A stretch of 64,000 nt of DNA, from NCBI GenBank assembly GCA_030265395.1, contig JARFYF010000050.1, forward strand, positions 33,407,129 through 33,471,128, written 5' to 3'. Positions within the stretch are counted from its first letter, which is position 1. Every line of letters starts with the position of its first letter. The notes below the pieces were generated by a model. It searched no databases and was not told where the DNA came from. It saw only the letters and a list, made by a program, of their open reading frames with translations. Shown here piece by piece: positions 1-11,900 of this stretch. Source of the DNA: Rhina ancylostomus (taxonomy: Eukaryota). The position numbers and the translations under genes are program-made.

Positions 1-1410
1 CCATCTACTACCACTCTCTGGCTTCTCCCGCTAAGCCAATGTTGAATCCAATTGGCTACTTCATCCTGAATGCCAAGAGAATTCACCTCCTGGACCAGCC
101 TCCCATGTGGGACCTTGTCAAAGGCCTTGCTAAAGTCCATGTAGACAAAATCCACCGCCTTACCTTCAGCAACCTCCTTGGTAACCTCCTCAAAGTTCTA
201 TAAGATTGGTAAAGACATGACCTACCACACACACAGCCATGTTGACTATCTCTAATCAGGCCCTGTGTATCCAAATACTTGTATATCCTGTCCTTGGAGT
301 ACCTTCCAATAATTTACTCACGGGTCTATAATTTCCTGGCTTTTTCTTAGAGCCTTTCTTGAACAACAGAATAACATTAGCTATCCTTGAGTCCTCTGGC
401 ACATCACCCATGACTAAGGATGTTTTAAGTATCTCTGCCAGGGCCCCTGCAATTTCTACACTAACCTCCCGCAAGGACCAAGGGGACATTTTGTCAGGCC
501 CTGGGGATTTACCTTCATTCACTTCAAGATAGCCAGTACCTCCTCTCTGTAATCTGGATACGGTCTATGACCTCCCTACTCTTTTGCCTCAGGTCTGTCT
601 CCAGAGTAAATACGGATGTAAAAAATTCATTTAAAATCTCCCCCATCTCTTTCGGCTCCATGTATGGATGACCATGTTGATCTTCAAGAGGACCAGTTTT
701 GTCCCTTGCTCCCTTTTTGCTCTGAATATAGCGATAGATACCCTTGGGATTCTCTTTCACCTTGTCTGCCAGAGCAACCTCATGTTTTCTTTTTGCCCTC
801 CTGATTTCTCTCTCAAGTGTTCTCCTTCATTTCTTATACTCAAGTGCTTCATTTGATCCTAACTGCTTGTACCTGATATGTGCTACCTTTTTCTTTACCA
901 GGGCCTCAATAACCAAGGTTCCCTAAACCTGTTAGCCTTGCCTTTTATTTTAACAGGAGCAAACAGATTCTGTACTCTCAATATCTCACTTTTGATAGCC
1001 TCCCACTTACCAAATATCTCTTTGCTGGAAAACAGCCTATCCCAATCCACGCCTGCCATATCCCTTTTGATGCCATCAAAATTGGTCTTACTCCACTTTA
1101 GAATCTCAACCCAAGGACCAGTCCTATTCTTCTCCATGAGTATCTTGAAACTAATGGAATTATGATTATGAGATCCACAGTGTTCCCCTGCACATCTGTC
1201 ACCTGCCCAGTCTCATTCCCTCAGAAGAGATCCAGTATCATGCTCTCTAGTTGGGACCTCTCCATATCGATTAAGGAAACTTTCCTGAACACATTTGACA
1301 AACTCTATCCCATCCTATCCATTTACAATATGGGAGTCCCAGTCAATATATGGGAAGTTTAAAATCACCTACTATCACAATCTTGTATTTCTTGCAACTG
1401 TCAGCTATCG
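1..1410 (-). mobile_element. Degraded CR1-clade LINE ORF2 fragment (endonuclease to start of reverse transcriptase)
   Basis: Minus-strand ORF pieces such as KSPGPDKMSPWSLREVSVEIAGALAEILKTSLVMGDVPEDSRIANVILLFKKGSKKKPGNYRPVS, KENPKGIYRYIQSKK and WSKTNFDGIKRDMAGVDWDRLF are typical CR1 ORF2 motifs, broken by stops and frameshifts. Confidence 0.9.
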
Positions 1411-2704
1411 CTCAAATGACTTCCTAGCCATTTCCTAAGGATAGTTAGGATAGCCAACTAGTGGCAGCTCCCATCACTTGCAAATCAGTTTTTAAGAAGT
1501 CATCTATTATGATATTCTCCTAGTATATCAGCTAAGGGTATGGGTAATTGATTCATCACTCTTTGAACTTATGTTGGCAAATCTATACTNNNNNNNNNNN
1601 NNNNNNNNNNNNNNNNNNNNNNNNNNNNNNNNNNNNNNNNNNNNNNNNNNNNNNNNNNNNNNNNNNNNNNNNNNNNNNNNNNNNNNNNNCTATACTGCCA
1701 TTAGCTTTCTGGTTTCTATTATAATTGTTTTTTCTTTTACTACTGGCAAAGATAGAATTTTGTTCTATTTGGAATGACTGAAGAAATGCGTGTCCATTCA
1801 CTTAAGGTCAGGGTGCCATTCATGAAACCTCTCATTCTGCTCAACTAACAAGCCTCAGCCTTAATCAAAAAAAGATGCATCTGCAAACCTCAGGTCTGAA
1901 GACTTGTGTTAGTGTTCAATTCCACAAGCGCAAGCTCTTCTGTATCTTATACTTACTATTTTCATGTGTAAGCTGAGATGGTGACCGATCTATTATCCCC
2001 TATAAACCATGCCAGGTCTGCACATTGTGAGAGTGAAACCTAATTTAATGTTTAGCACATACGAGTCTCCAGGAGGAAAATACTGTAGCAAAGAGGAACG
2101 TGAAAATTTAAATGAATAATTTATACTTCAGATTTTATAGGTTGCTTAGCATTTTAAGTGACTGATCATTAATTTTAGTTTTGTATATGTGTTGTACGAG
2201 GAGAATTTTGCCTACATTGATGAACTGAGTGTTGAACATTGGAGAAATGAGTTTCTGGCATTGAGGAATAGTTACTTTTGATGCTAAGTGATAGGTGAAC
2301 TAAGGTTATTTATACTCTTTCTTTATATTTTAAATTGGCATTTAATAGTTTGAAGATCACTGTATTTATTTGAGGAACAGAAAGGTGGTTTGAAGCAGGG
2401 ATAAGTTGGATAGGGGATAATGAAGCTCTGTATTTATCCCACGATCAGTGTAAGAAAACAAAGTTAGGCAACATGGTGGTATTCTTTACAACCATAAATT
2501 TTCAATCAAATTATATTTTTAAGATATTTATGAACTTTATTGAGTCAATATTGTGAGAAGAAGGAATATGGAACAGTGAAATAAATTGGAAAAATATCTG
2601 TCAAAATTGTGCTGATGGTATATTGAATGATGGAGATGAGCAATCCATTCAGTTGTAACTTTGTCAATATTTCCAATATGTACCATGTATTTAATGTAAC
2701 TTCA

Positions 2705-2815
2705 TTGTCACTTCAGCACCCCACAAACCCAAGACCTCTGCCATCTAGAAGGATGATGGCAGTAGGTACATGGAATGCTGCAAGTTCTCTTCAAATCATG
2801 CACCTGACTTGCAAG
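2705..2815 (+). mobile_element. Old LINE (L2/CR1-like) 3' fragment
   Basis: CAGCACCCCACAAACCCAAGACCTCTGCCATCTAGAAGG resembles a common elasmobranch LINE tail, recognised from memory. Confidence 0.45.
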
Positions 2816-4924
2816 AATGAAGAAAAAAAATGTACTTGTGAGATCTGAAATACCCTCAACATTTAGTCCTCTTAGAGTATGTCACTACTTTATGAATATT
2901 AAATTTCTATTGTCTGCTGAACACCAGGCTCAAGAACATGGTAGGTTAACCAGAAAATAGCTTGATCATACAACCCAATGTCACAATATAAATTCCATCT
3001 ATGTCTTTATGTAAGAAGATTTTCTGATTTTATTAGCCTAAGCATTCCCAACTCTACCTAGCCCTATCAATGGCTTTGATTCTTAGATGTATTAAACTAG
3101 AAATTGCTTAGCTATTTTAATGGTGATAAATCAGCATTCTGGATTATTCTATGCTATTTTTAAGTACCATGAAAATTGTAATTCTCAGTTGTAGAATTCC
3201 CAGAACTATTTTCTTGGATTTCCTAGTATTACTCTATGCTTTATCAGTTTCACTGGCACTAGTGTATTGATCCATTTCAAGATCATGCAACTACCAGAAA
3301 TCAGCCTTGATGCTGTGACTCAGGAGCTACCTTTCAAACAGATGTACCCCATTAAAAGCAATTCAGAGACTTCTGAAGCTATGACCAGTGTTTCTGGTAG
3401 GAAGTTTCCTGGGAGGTCCCTATAAGGATCGCGATTTATGAATGCAAATACTTTGGGGAAAGCCTACAATACAAACAAATTCCATGCCCATCTGAACTTC
3501 TCTCGTGTGTTAAAGGAAAAAGAGATGGTTTTGTCTGTTTGGGTCCAGAATTGGGGTGATCTCCTTAACACAGCATTAAGCAACAAGCTATTACGCCGTA
3601 AAAATCCAGCAACACCTGGGGTGATTGAGGGGTTAGGAAACAATAACTGAGACCTTGCCTTCCACAACCAAAGCCATTCAGACTCACTTGTGAGCCTACA
3701 TTTGAGATCATAGTTGGTCAAGGATCTCAGTGAGAGCAAAGAATGTAGTTGTGGTCCTTTATGTAGCATAGTTTCGGGAAAATAAAGTTAGCGAAAGCTG
3801 GTTGCTTTTGTGGGTGAATAAGAATTGTTTTTTTTAGACCAGGGAAGTTAAAAAGAATGCTGGAGATGAAGCTTGCACCATTGTAGACATCCATTTAAGA
3901 GAGATGTACGCTAAGGACAAAAAATTCTAGCGCTGACAGAAATACTGAAAAAACCCAGAGTTAAATTTCCCACCAGGTGCTGAGAGGCCCAGAACTGGAT
4001 TGAACATTGCTTAAGCCCAGTTTAAGCCTATTTTCAATTACATAACTTTCTTTTTGAATTGTGCAAGGGAATTTCTTGGCCACTATTTCTTCTGCTTTCT
4101 AATATAGTTCCTCCCCATTCAAGCTTTCCCCCTCGACTCCACATTACACACTTCATTCTACAATTACCCATTTATTCCTCTTACCATTTCAAAAAAGCAG
4201 TTATATTTCTTTATAAGTGCTTGTTATCCATCAGCTGACTGAAGTGGTGAATTATCTGAATGTACCTGAACCATATGAATTTGTAATATATTAATTATTA
4301 ACATTTATTTAAAATGTAGGTAAAATATTGTTTAATTTGTAAATCAGGGTTTTTTTTAAAGTAAATCCCAAAGATGTACCATTATCAAATTATATTAATG
4401 TATGACTGAAATTGTTGCTTGATCCTAAGGAACAGCAATTCCCTAATAAACCATTTATATGAAAGCTAGGAAAGGATTATAAATGAGTTGATGTGCTGTG
4501 TGACTTATGAGGTGATATTAGAAAGTGTGAAATTGTTTTAATTCTAGTTGTTTTTGATTATTTCATTTCTGTACCTTGTTGAATTTGTGTTCATTTCCAC
4601 TTTTCCCAACATGCTTTCATGGAATGATAACTGCTGCCACTGCATTTTGCACGAGGTACAATGGTGCAGTTATGTTAAACTAGCATTAATTTTGAACATG
4701 GGAGTAAATGAATCACCTATCTTTGACTTATAAAATGTGGGGACAACGATTAAGATTATTTCAGTGTTTTGTTACTTTCCTATTCACTGCATTTTTATTT
4801 GCTGTGAATTATTATACAGTAGTTTGAACAAAATAGGTTTGCAGACATCCACTTAAATCTTTGCTAAAAACTTCCAGTTCTTTGAATATTCCTCACCGGT
4901 GCCTGTATGTTGTTAGCTATTCTG

Positions 4925-5138
4925 ACTTCCACCAATCAGAAGCAGCATAGTTATTACAACTGATATTATAGCTAATGTATAATCACTTAGTACCACATCA
5001 GAAAGAGACGAGTGGGAGGGACAAGGATATAAACTGTTTGAGAGTTTTGAAGCACGAGCTTTGAAGGCTTGAATGTGCCTAAGCTACGTCAGGGCTATAT
5101 TAAATAACTTTTTGAGTCGGTCTTCAGAGGATCCTACG
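4925..5138 (+). promoter_or_regulatory. Candidate internal promoter and alternative first exon of the MPRIP-like gene
   Basis: CCAAT at 4932-4936, GGGAGGG at 5014-5020, TATAAA at 5028-5033 and ATG at 5073. The ATG opens 22 codons (MCLSYVRAILNNFLSRSSEDPT) ending at a phase-0 GT at 5139, compatible with the phase-0 acceptor at 5550. CpGs are locally more frequent than in the flanks. Confidence 0.35.
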
Positions 5139-5550
5139 GTTAAAAGCACTAGATTTCATTATAAATAGAAAAATTCCCTGCCTGTATGTTGATTATTGTA
5201 TGCTAACCATGCATTGATACTATTTCCCTCCTCACCGATAATGCTAACTTTTCATATGCATGTTTTCTAAGACACTAACTTTATTCTGACTTCATTAGTG
5301 CAGAATGCTCTTTGCTTATTTTTGCTTAATTTTTGCAACCAATAGTTAATAGTTTGGCATTTATCATACTTAAAATGTAATTTTCTTCCCTGAATAATGC
5401 TGAAGTTATCAAATCTACATGAAGAAAAATATATTTGCAAACGAATAATTGTTTTAAATCTCCATTATTGGGACTGAGAGCAAAAATTAAACAGTTTATT
5501 CAAAAATCTTTTACATCTGTGTTAACCACTGTCTGGTCCCCTTTTCTAAG

Positions 5551-8500
5551 CTGGAGCCACCTTTGGCAAGTTCTAACGCCTGGCAACAGCTACAGAAGCT
5601 GAACCAGGACCTGCAAGCTGAGCTGGAAGTTCAACGGCAAAAACAGGAGGTGGCTAATACACAAGCCCAGAGCCAAAAAAAGAGCTACCAGGATGCCAAG
5701 GAGCTCTTAAGACAGCAAGAGGCAAAAATGCAAAATCTTCAGGCCAGACTGGACATTTCTTTGTCAGAGGTAGCCATTAATGAACAGTCATTATCCAAAG
5801 CACAAAATGAGTTGAGACTTGAGCGTCAAAAGTACAAAGAACAAGCTGATGAGTATGAGAGAAAATTAAGTATGTTTAGCACCAAGCTGTGTGAGAGTGA
5901 AGAGAAACTTAGAGAAGTAGAGGGATTGCTTCTCGAAAAGACTCAAAGTTTTAGGGATCTAGAAAGGCAAGTGGCTCTTCAGGACAACTATCAGCGAGAA
6001 GTGAAGCGACTGCAAGATCATCTGGAAGAAGCATGCAGTCGGCTACACAGCAGTGAACAAGAAGTTATTCTGAGTGAAGAACGTTTTAAGAAACAGTATG
6101 AAGGTCTGAAAGAAAAGTATGAAAAGGAAAAAGAGCTCTTGTCGCACAATGTACAGGAAGCTGAAGATAAGATCAGAGAATATGAAGATCGCCTACAGAC
6201 TCTTGAGGCTCAATTAGAGAGAGTTCAAAAAGAAAAATTGGCCACTTCCTTCAAAAGCAGTGAGATGGTGAGGCAAATGGAAGAACATGTTNNNNNNNNN
6301 NAGGGGGCAGTTAAGCGGCTTACCCATGATGTAGACATCTTGTCAACTGAGAATGAACGATTAACTCAGCGCTATCAGGAAATAGTTAATCAGTTGACAG
6401 AAGCTGACAGAGAAGTTGAAGGGCTGAAGTTAGAACTGGTAAAGGATCGAGAAAGGTATCAAGATCTGAATGAAGATTTTGAAAAGGCTGTTCAAGAGGT
6501 GAATACACTGAAAAATGAAGTAGAAGAAACCAATTTTAAAATGGTATCAATTAAGAAATCCTATGAGAGAGAATTGGAAAAGAAAAATAAGGACTTCAAT
6601 GAAGCTTTAATCAAGCTAGAAGCTTTGGGCACCAGCTTGGAGGAGACAGAGAAGAAACTGCAGCTTAAGGAGGCCACACTTAAAGGACTTGGTTGGCAAG
6701 TGCCAACAGACGTTGATATGCTTCTAGAGAAAGAAAAAGAACTTCATATCAAGTTAGAAGAAGCAGAAGCTAGGTTAGCTGAACAGAGCATGAATCTGCA
6801 GATAACTGAAGCCAATTATAAGGGCCTTCTTTCCCAAAAAAACAAACTTCAATCAGATTTAGAAATTTTAAAGAAACAAAATGAACATACAACAAAAAGT
6901 AATCTTTCAACAGTTGAAAATGTTCTTCAATGCCCCACAACTTGGTCTGAACCCGAGGGAGGCCAGAGCGCACTCAATTCTAGTGTGCAGCTTTCTGAAG
7001 AATTAATGACAAGGCTTCAGCATTTGGATGGTCAAGTGACAGTACTGGCTGATTCAGTAGTTCAAGCATTTTCTGAAAGTTGGTTTTCAGGGCTACCATC
7101 CTCTGAGAATACTGAAAGTTCATGTAACTCAACAGTAGTGAATAGTTGCATAACAAACCTGAAAAAATGCCTGACAATTGTATGCACACTTGAAACTAAA
7201 TTATTCGTAGCAGAACAAAACATTAAAAGGGAAGTTGTTTGTCCTTTAGATACAAGACTCCATTGCGACGCTAAAAACCACGGAGCGCTATTGGATCCTG
7301 GAGTTTATCCAAAAGAGCAGGGGTCAGAAAACCAACCATTAACGTATTCTTTGTCAGAGTATTTCTCCAGTTCAAATATCAAACATGATGTACTGGTCCA
7401 GGCTGAATTCCAGTCACTGCAAACAAAACTGCTTCAATTGCATCACATTTTGGAAAGTTTACAACAGAAAATTGGTCAGCTTGCACAAGAATGGAATATG
7501 GGAGAACATGGACAATTGCGTGAATTAGTTCATGCATTAGGAGGTTCAGTACAATACTTGCAATGTATAGAAGAAGATTTAGCCAGAAAAAATAGAGTAT
7601 TTTTTGGTGAAGAATCTTTAGTAAGAGATTCCTTAACAGAAGAGGAAAAACTAAAATATTTAGCTGACAAACTTTCACTTGAAGCAACAGCACTTAACAA
7701 TATAGCTGATGCTTTGCAGAATTCAGACTCCAGTGTGAAAAATATTTTAGATGAAATTAGAAATCAGAGTGAAAATGTTACCATGCCTTTGGTTTCTATG
7801 GATAATGTCAGTACTCAAATTGGGCATGCTGTTCTTAACAAAATATTTATAGAAGGAGAGTTTTGGGCAAATATGCCTAAAATTCAGGAAAACAAGATAC
7901 CAGATGTTGAAGAGCAAATGAGCAAGCCTATCAGCAGTTATTTAAATATGATGGCAGACAGTAGCTTAATAAAAGGTGAAATATTGTTCTGGGCCCATAA
8001 TATTTTGGAAGTTTCAAAAGAAAAGCTGCAGCAACTGAAAGCACAGTACACAAAATTACATCTTAGAAGCCAGAACTGTGAACAGATGCTCAGGAATATT
8101 GTAGCTGCTTATGGCACTTGCCGTCTTGATGAACTGATCAAAGAAATTCGGAATGAATTGAATAAAGATGAAGAAGAAGAATCATCATTGCTTTTCTGTT
8201 CTCAAGCTTGTAGACCACCATCAGCATCTAATTTGGCTGACCAGGACTCTGAACTTTGTGTAAGGACAGAGTTAGTGCAACAAATTAAGAAAAATGCTTG
8301 CTTGTTGAAGAAAATGTCACACTGTATTCAATCAGGTGCAGATGATGAATTGGGTCTTCTGGCTAGAAAGTTTGTTCACAGTGTGGATTGCATACCCACA
8401 TTAAGCAGACATTGTAATGCAAAAGATATTTGGCCTTTTCTGCTACAAGATGCAATGATGCAAGCTGAATTGTCATATGTAATCTCCAAGATACAGTTAA

Positions 8501-9273
8501 AACATGATGTTGTGCATAGTGGGGATAAACAATTGAGAGTGGACACTTTAGAAATGGAGCACTCAAACTCCATTACTTCATTGCAGGGTATGGATGTAGC
8601 TGAATTGAAGAAACAAAAAGAACAGGACATTAAGTTTAAAAAATTCAAAGGGGACCTTGCAGAGTTTAAACAGTCGGATATTTCAGAATCAGGTGCTGCT
8701 GCTTGGACAACTCATATCCATATTGAGGGAGAACCAATTGACTCACTGGACAAGGCAATTGAACTTCAGGACATGGCAGCAAGGCATAAAAAAGAGCTGC
8801 GTGAAGTGCGAGAAGCATATGAAGCTGAGGTGGAGAAATTGAAAAGGGAAATAGCAAGAGCAGGGGAAACATTAAGGCTGAAGACAGAAGAAAATGTAAA
8901 GGAAATAGATTCATTGACTATTTGCATGGAGAACTTGAAGGAAAAGCACGTCGAGGAGCTGAAGAGACGAGGGGAAGAATTTAAAATGGAGAAGAGAGAA
9001 CTGGATAAAAAGTGTGCTAGGGTAAAAGAAGAGCTTACACGAGAAATTGAAGCTTTAAAAGAATGTAGAGATCCTAAAGAATTGGACCTAGTAAGTGATC
9101 TGCAGAGATCAACTGACCCATACAGGAAACCAGCAAGCGAGATGCATTCCATGGCCCTGCTTAGAAATCGTATACAAGAGCTGGAGTCCCAGATAGATGC
9201 CATGAAAAATAAGATTGAAGCCAGTCCAACAAATCTGCGTGAGAAATATGAAAAGGACCTGGAGAATCTCAAG
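5551..9273 (+). CDS. MPRIP: MPRIP-family gene, giant internal coiled-coil exon (3723 nt, 1241 codons, phase 0/0)
   Basis: Acceptor cccttttctaag|CTGGAG and donor AAG|gtgtcc. The start LEPPLASSNAWQQLQKLNQDLQAELEVQRQKQE...LLLEKTQSFRDLE matches the large alternative exon of long MPRIP isoforms. The end EKYEKDLENLK joins ATCERGF in the next exon. The 10-N gap at 6292-6301 keeps frame. This may be a paralog rather than the ortholog. Confidence 0.93.
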
Positions 9274-9303
9274 GTGTCCATGTATTTAATACTGAATAGT
9301 AAC

Positions 9304-9401
9304 TGCATGTTGGCTTGTAGCATTACACCTTGCTGCCAGCAGTTAGCTTATGTTTGTGTTCTGTTATGTGTATCAATCTGCATGGCAGATAGAACTGCAT
9401 G
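9304..9401 (+). promoter_or_regulatory. Cluster of three RBFOX motifs (TGCATG) downstream of the giant exon
   Basis: TGCATG at 9304-9309, 9379-9384 and 9396-9401, all within 130 nt of a weak 5' splice site. Confidence 0.6.
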
Positions 9402-11164
9402 ATGTGCTATTGGACTGGGCAAAGTCCTGAAGAGTATACTTTCTAAATTTTAAGGGAATGGTGGAAGGGGACAGATCCTGCAGCTGACAAATAATGCTGA
9501 ATAAATAAGAAACTGGTTGCATTATATTTGCATAAAAGAACTGTTATCGAAACTGTCCAGTTTTGAGCCAAGAGTTTGCACCTAGAAAAAGTACCTAAAA
9601 TTTGCCCAGTTCTTCTGTCTATCTTTTTGAGTTTACTGTGTGCTCTTGTGCATCTTTTTTCAAATGCAGTAGAACCCATTTATCTGCTATGCCTTGCTTA
9701 AGTTATCAGAAAGACATTAAAGATTTTAGTATTGTTCAATATGGCATTTTAAAAATTCTATTGTAACTCCTAAAATCAAAATATTAGAATATCTTTTTCT
9801 AATGTATAAACCATTATGACTTTGTTTACTGTTCTTGTCCAGCCTTTGACATTAAAAGATTTTATTCATCACTTGAACTTCATTGATTATGCCAGTTTGA
9901 CTCCGAGTAGATTTGTCAACATGTAAAAATCTTTGCAAAGATTTACAAAAGTCTCTAATTACTCTTGCTTTAACAATTTTTTTAACATTGCATCCTTATT
10001 TTAAAAAGATTAAATTTGCTGTTGTTAACATTTTATTGATGTATTTAGGTTCATTCTGAATGTATCATTTTTGATAAGTAATTTGCAATTCTGGTGGAAC
10101 AGTGGGTTCAATTGCATTTGATTAAAAGCATCCCTTCACAGGAATCAAGCTATGCTTGGCAACGTAAGTTGGTGACTATGTTACCTTCAGTGTTTGACCT
10201 AATGCTATGCAATTAATATACGAATCTCCCTTTCTTTTCCTTTCTCTTTCAGCTGGCTACATATCTCTATTGCACCTTTGAGACATTAATAAACTAACAA
10301 CTTATTTTATTTACCAAGTGATGTCACAAAGATCCTTATGTTATCATATTTTCTACACAAGAAAAGGTCTCATTTCACATTGTTGAAAGTTTTAAGTTGT
10401 CCCTAGAAACAATGTGGCTTGGGTAACTTGAGGTGATTATCTCAATCAAGGCTCTTTTTTGACTGAAGACAGTTAAATCAAACCAGCACGTGCAAAGGAA
10501 CATTTTTCTCCATGACAATGTTAAAAGTTAAAAANNNNNNNNNNNNNNNNNNNNNNNNNNNNNNNNNNNNNNNNNNNNNNNNNNNNNNNNNNNNNNNNNN
10601 NNNNNNNNNNNNNNNNNNNNNNNNNNNNNNNNNNCCATGACAATGTTAAAAGTTAAAAATATCACAAACAAAGTTGGTCCCCAATTCAAATCCTGATTAC
10701 GTGGTGCAAGGAGGTACACTATTATGGATGCTGAACTTAGATAGTGGGAAGAGAAAATTTCATGGACCTCACTTCTAATGGCTCTCATTTGACCTCTTAT
10801 AGCAGTGTGGATGATTGAATCAGTGTGCTGTCATCAGGACTGACTGCTGGACTGAAATATTAGAGGGCATCCAGGACTTCTGGACTTGACACCACCAAAA
10901 AGTCAATGCTGGTTTTTTGCATGTGTGCTTGTGTGTGAGTTTGAGGGGGTGGAATTGGTGGGAGGGAAGAGGTATGAGAGCATTGGAAGCTGATGAATTT
11001 CAGAAAATGCACTAAGCATAATTATTGAGCTTTATAATGGCAGAAATTACAGATGCACATAAGAGTTTATTTTGGGATTAAAATTCAGTGGTTACCAACT
11101 ACTAAAGAAAGCACTTTAAGCTCTTAGAGAGGTGTTGGCTTCACTATTTCTATTTTTTAAGACC

Positions 11165-11900
11165 ATGCAGAAATTGGAAGCAAGATTGCATCACCTGGCC
11201 TTTCAAGCCTTCTCTGCCATTTAAGATCATTTAAACTCAACTCCACCTTCTCATTCTTCCTTGATAAGCTTTCATCCCTTGCTTATACTTGTCTGCCTTA
11301 AATTCAAATTTTCTGCTTCCATTGTCCTATCAGGAAGAATGTTCCAAAGATACTGAAACTTCTGAGCTTTTTAAAAAAAAGCCTCACTTCCCTCTTAAAC
11401 AGGGCACCCTTTTACTTTTACACAGTAACCCCCCCCCCCCCAAGTTCTAAATTCCCCTGCACCCTGTCAGGACCCCTCAGGAGCTTGTATGTTTTAATCA
11501 GGTTCTGTCTCCCAAATTCCTGCAAGCACCAGTGTAGTCTGTCCAACTTTCCTTCTTCATAAGAAAGCCTACCTATTTCAGCTATATAAACCTTCTCTGA
11601 GTTCCTTGCAGCAAAGTTACATCCTTAAGTAAGGAGACAAAACTGTACACAGTTCTCTAGATTCCCCTTGCAGTAAACAGTAACATTTGCTAGCTTTCAT
11701 AATTACTTTATATCTGCATATTAGCTTTTTGCAAATCATACACTGGGGCACCCAGACCCCTCTGCATCTCAGAACTCTGTAGTCTCATCATTTAGGTAAT
11801 GTGCTTTTATATTTTACCTGCCAAGATGGACAATTTCACATTTTCCTACATTTTGCTCCATCTGCCAAATCTTTGCCTTCTCACTTAACCTGTCTACATT
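11165..11900 (-). mobile_element. Degraded CR1 LINE 3' portion
   Basis: Reverse-oriented CR1 tail (cctggcctttcaagccttctctgccatttaagatcat) followed by eroded ORF2 3' sequence. Confidence 0.6.

Noticed and set aside
6770-9323. Antisense and alternate-frame ORFs overlapping the giant exon, such as 8766-9323 (-)
   Set aside because: Ser/Phe/Leu-rich shadows of Glu/Lys-rich coiled-coil codons, with no family motifs.
5563-9402. 1279-aa ORF read as a stand-alone single-exon gene
   Set aside because: The start is a TTG inside an exon whose acceptor is at 5550. Homology ends at the donor after 9273 and continues in the exon at 14644.
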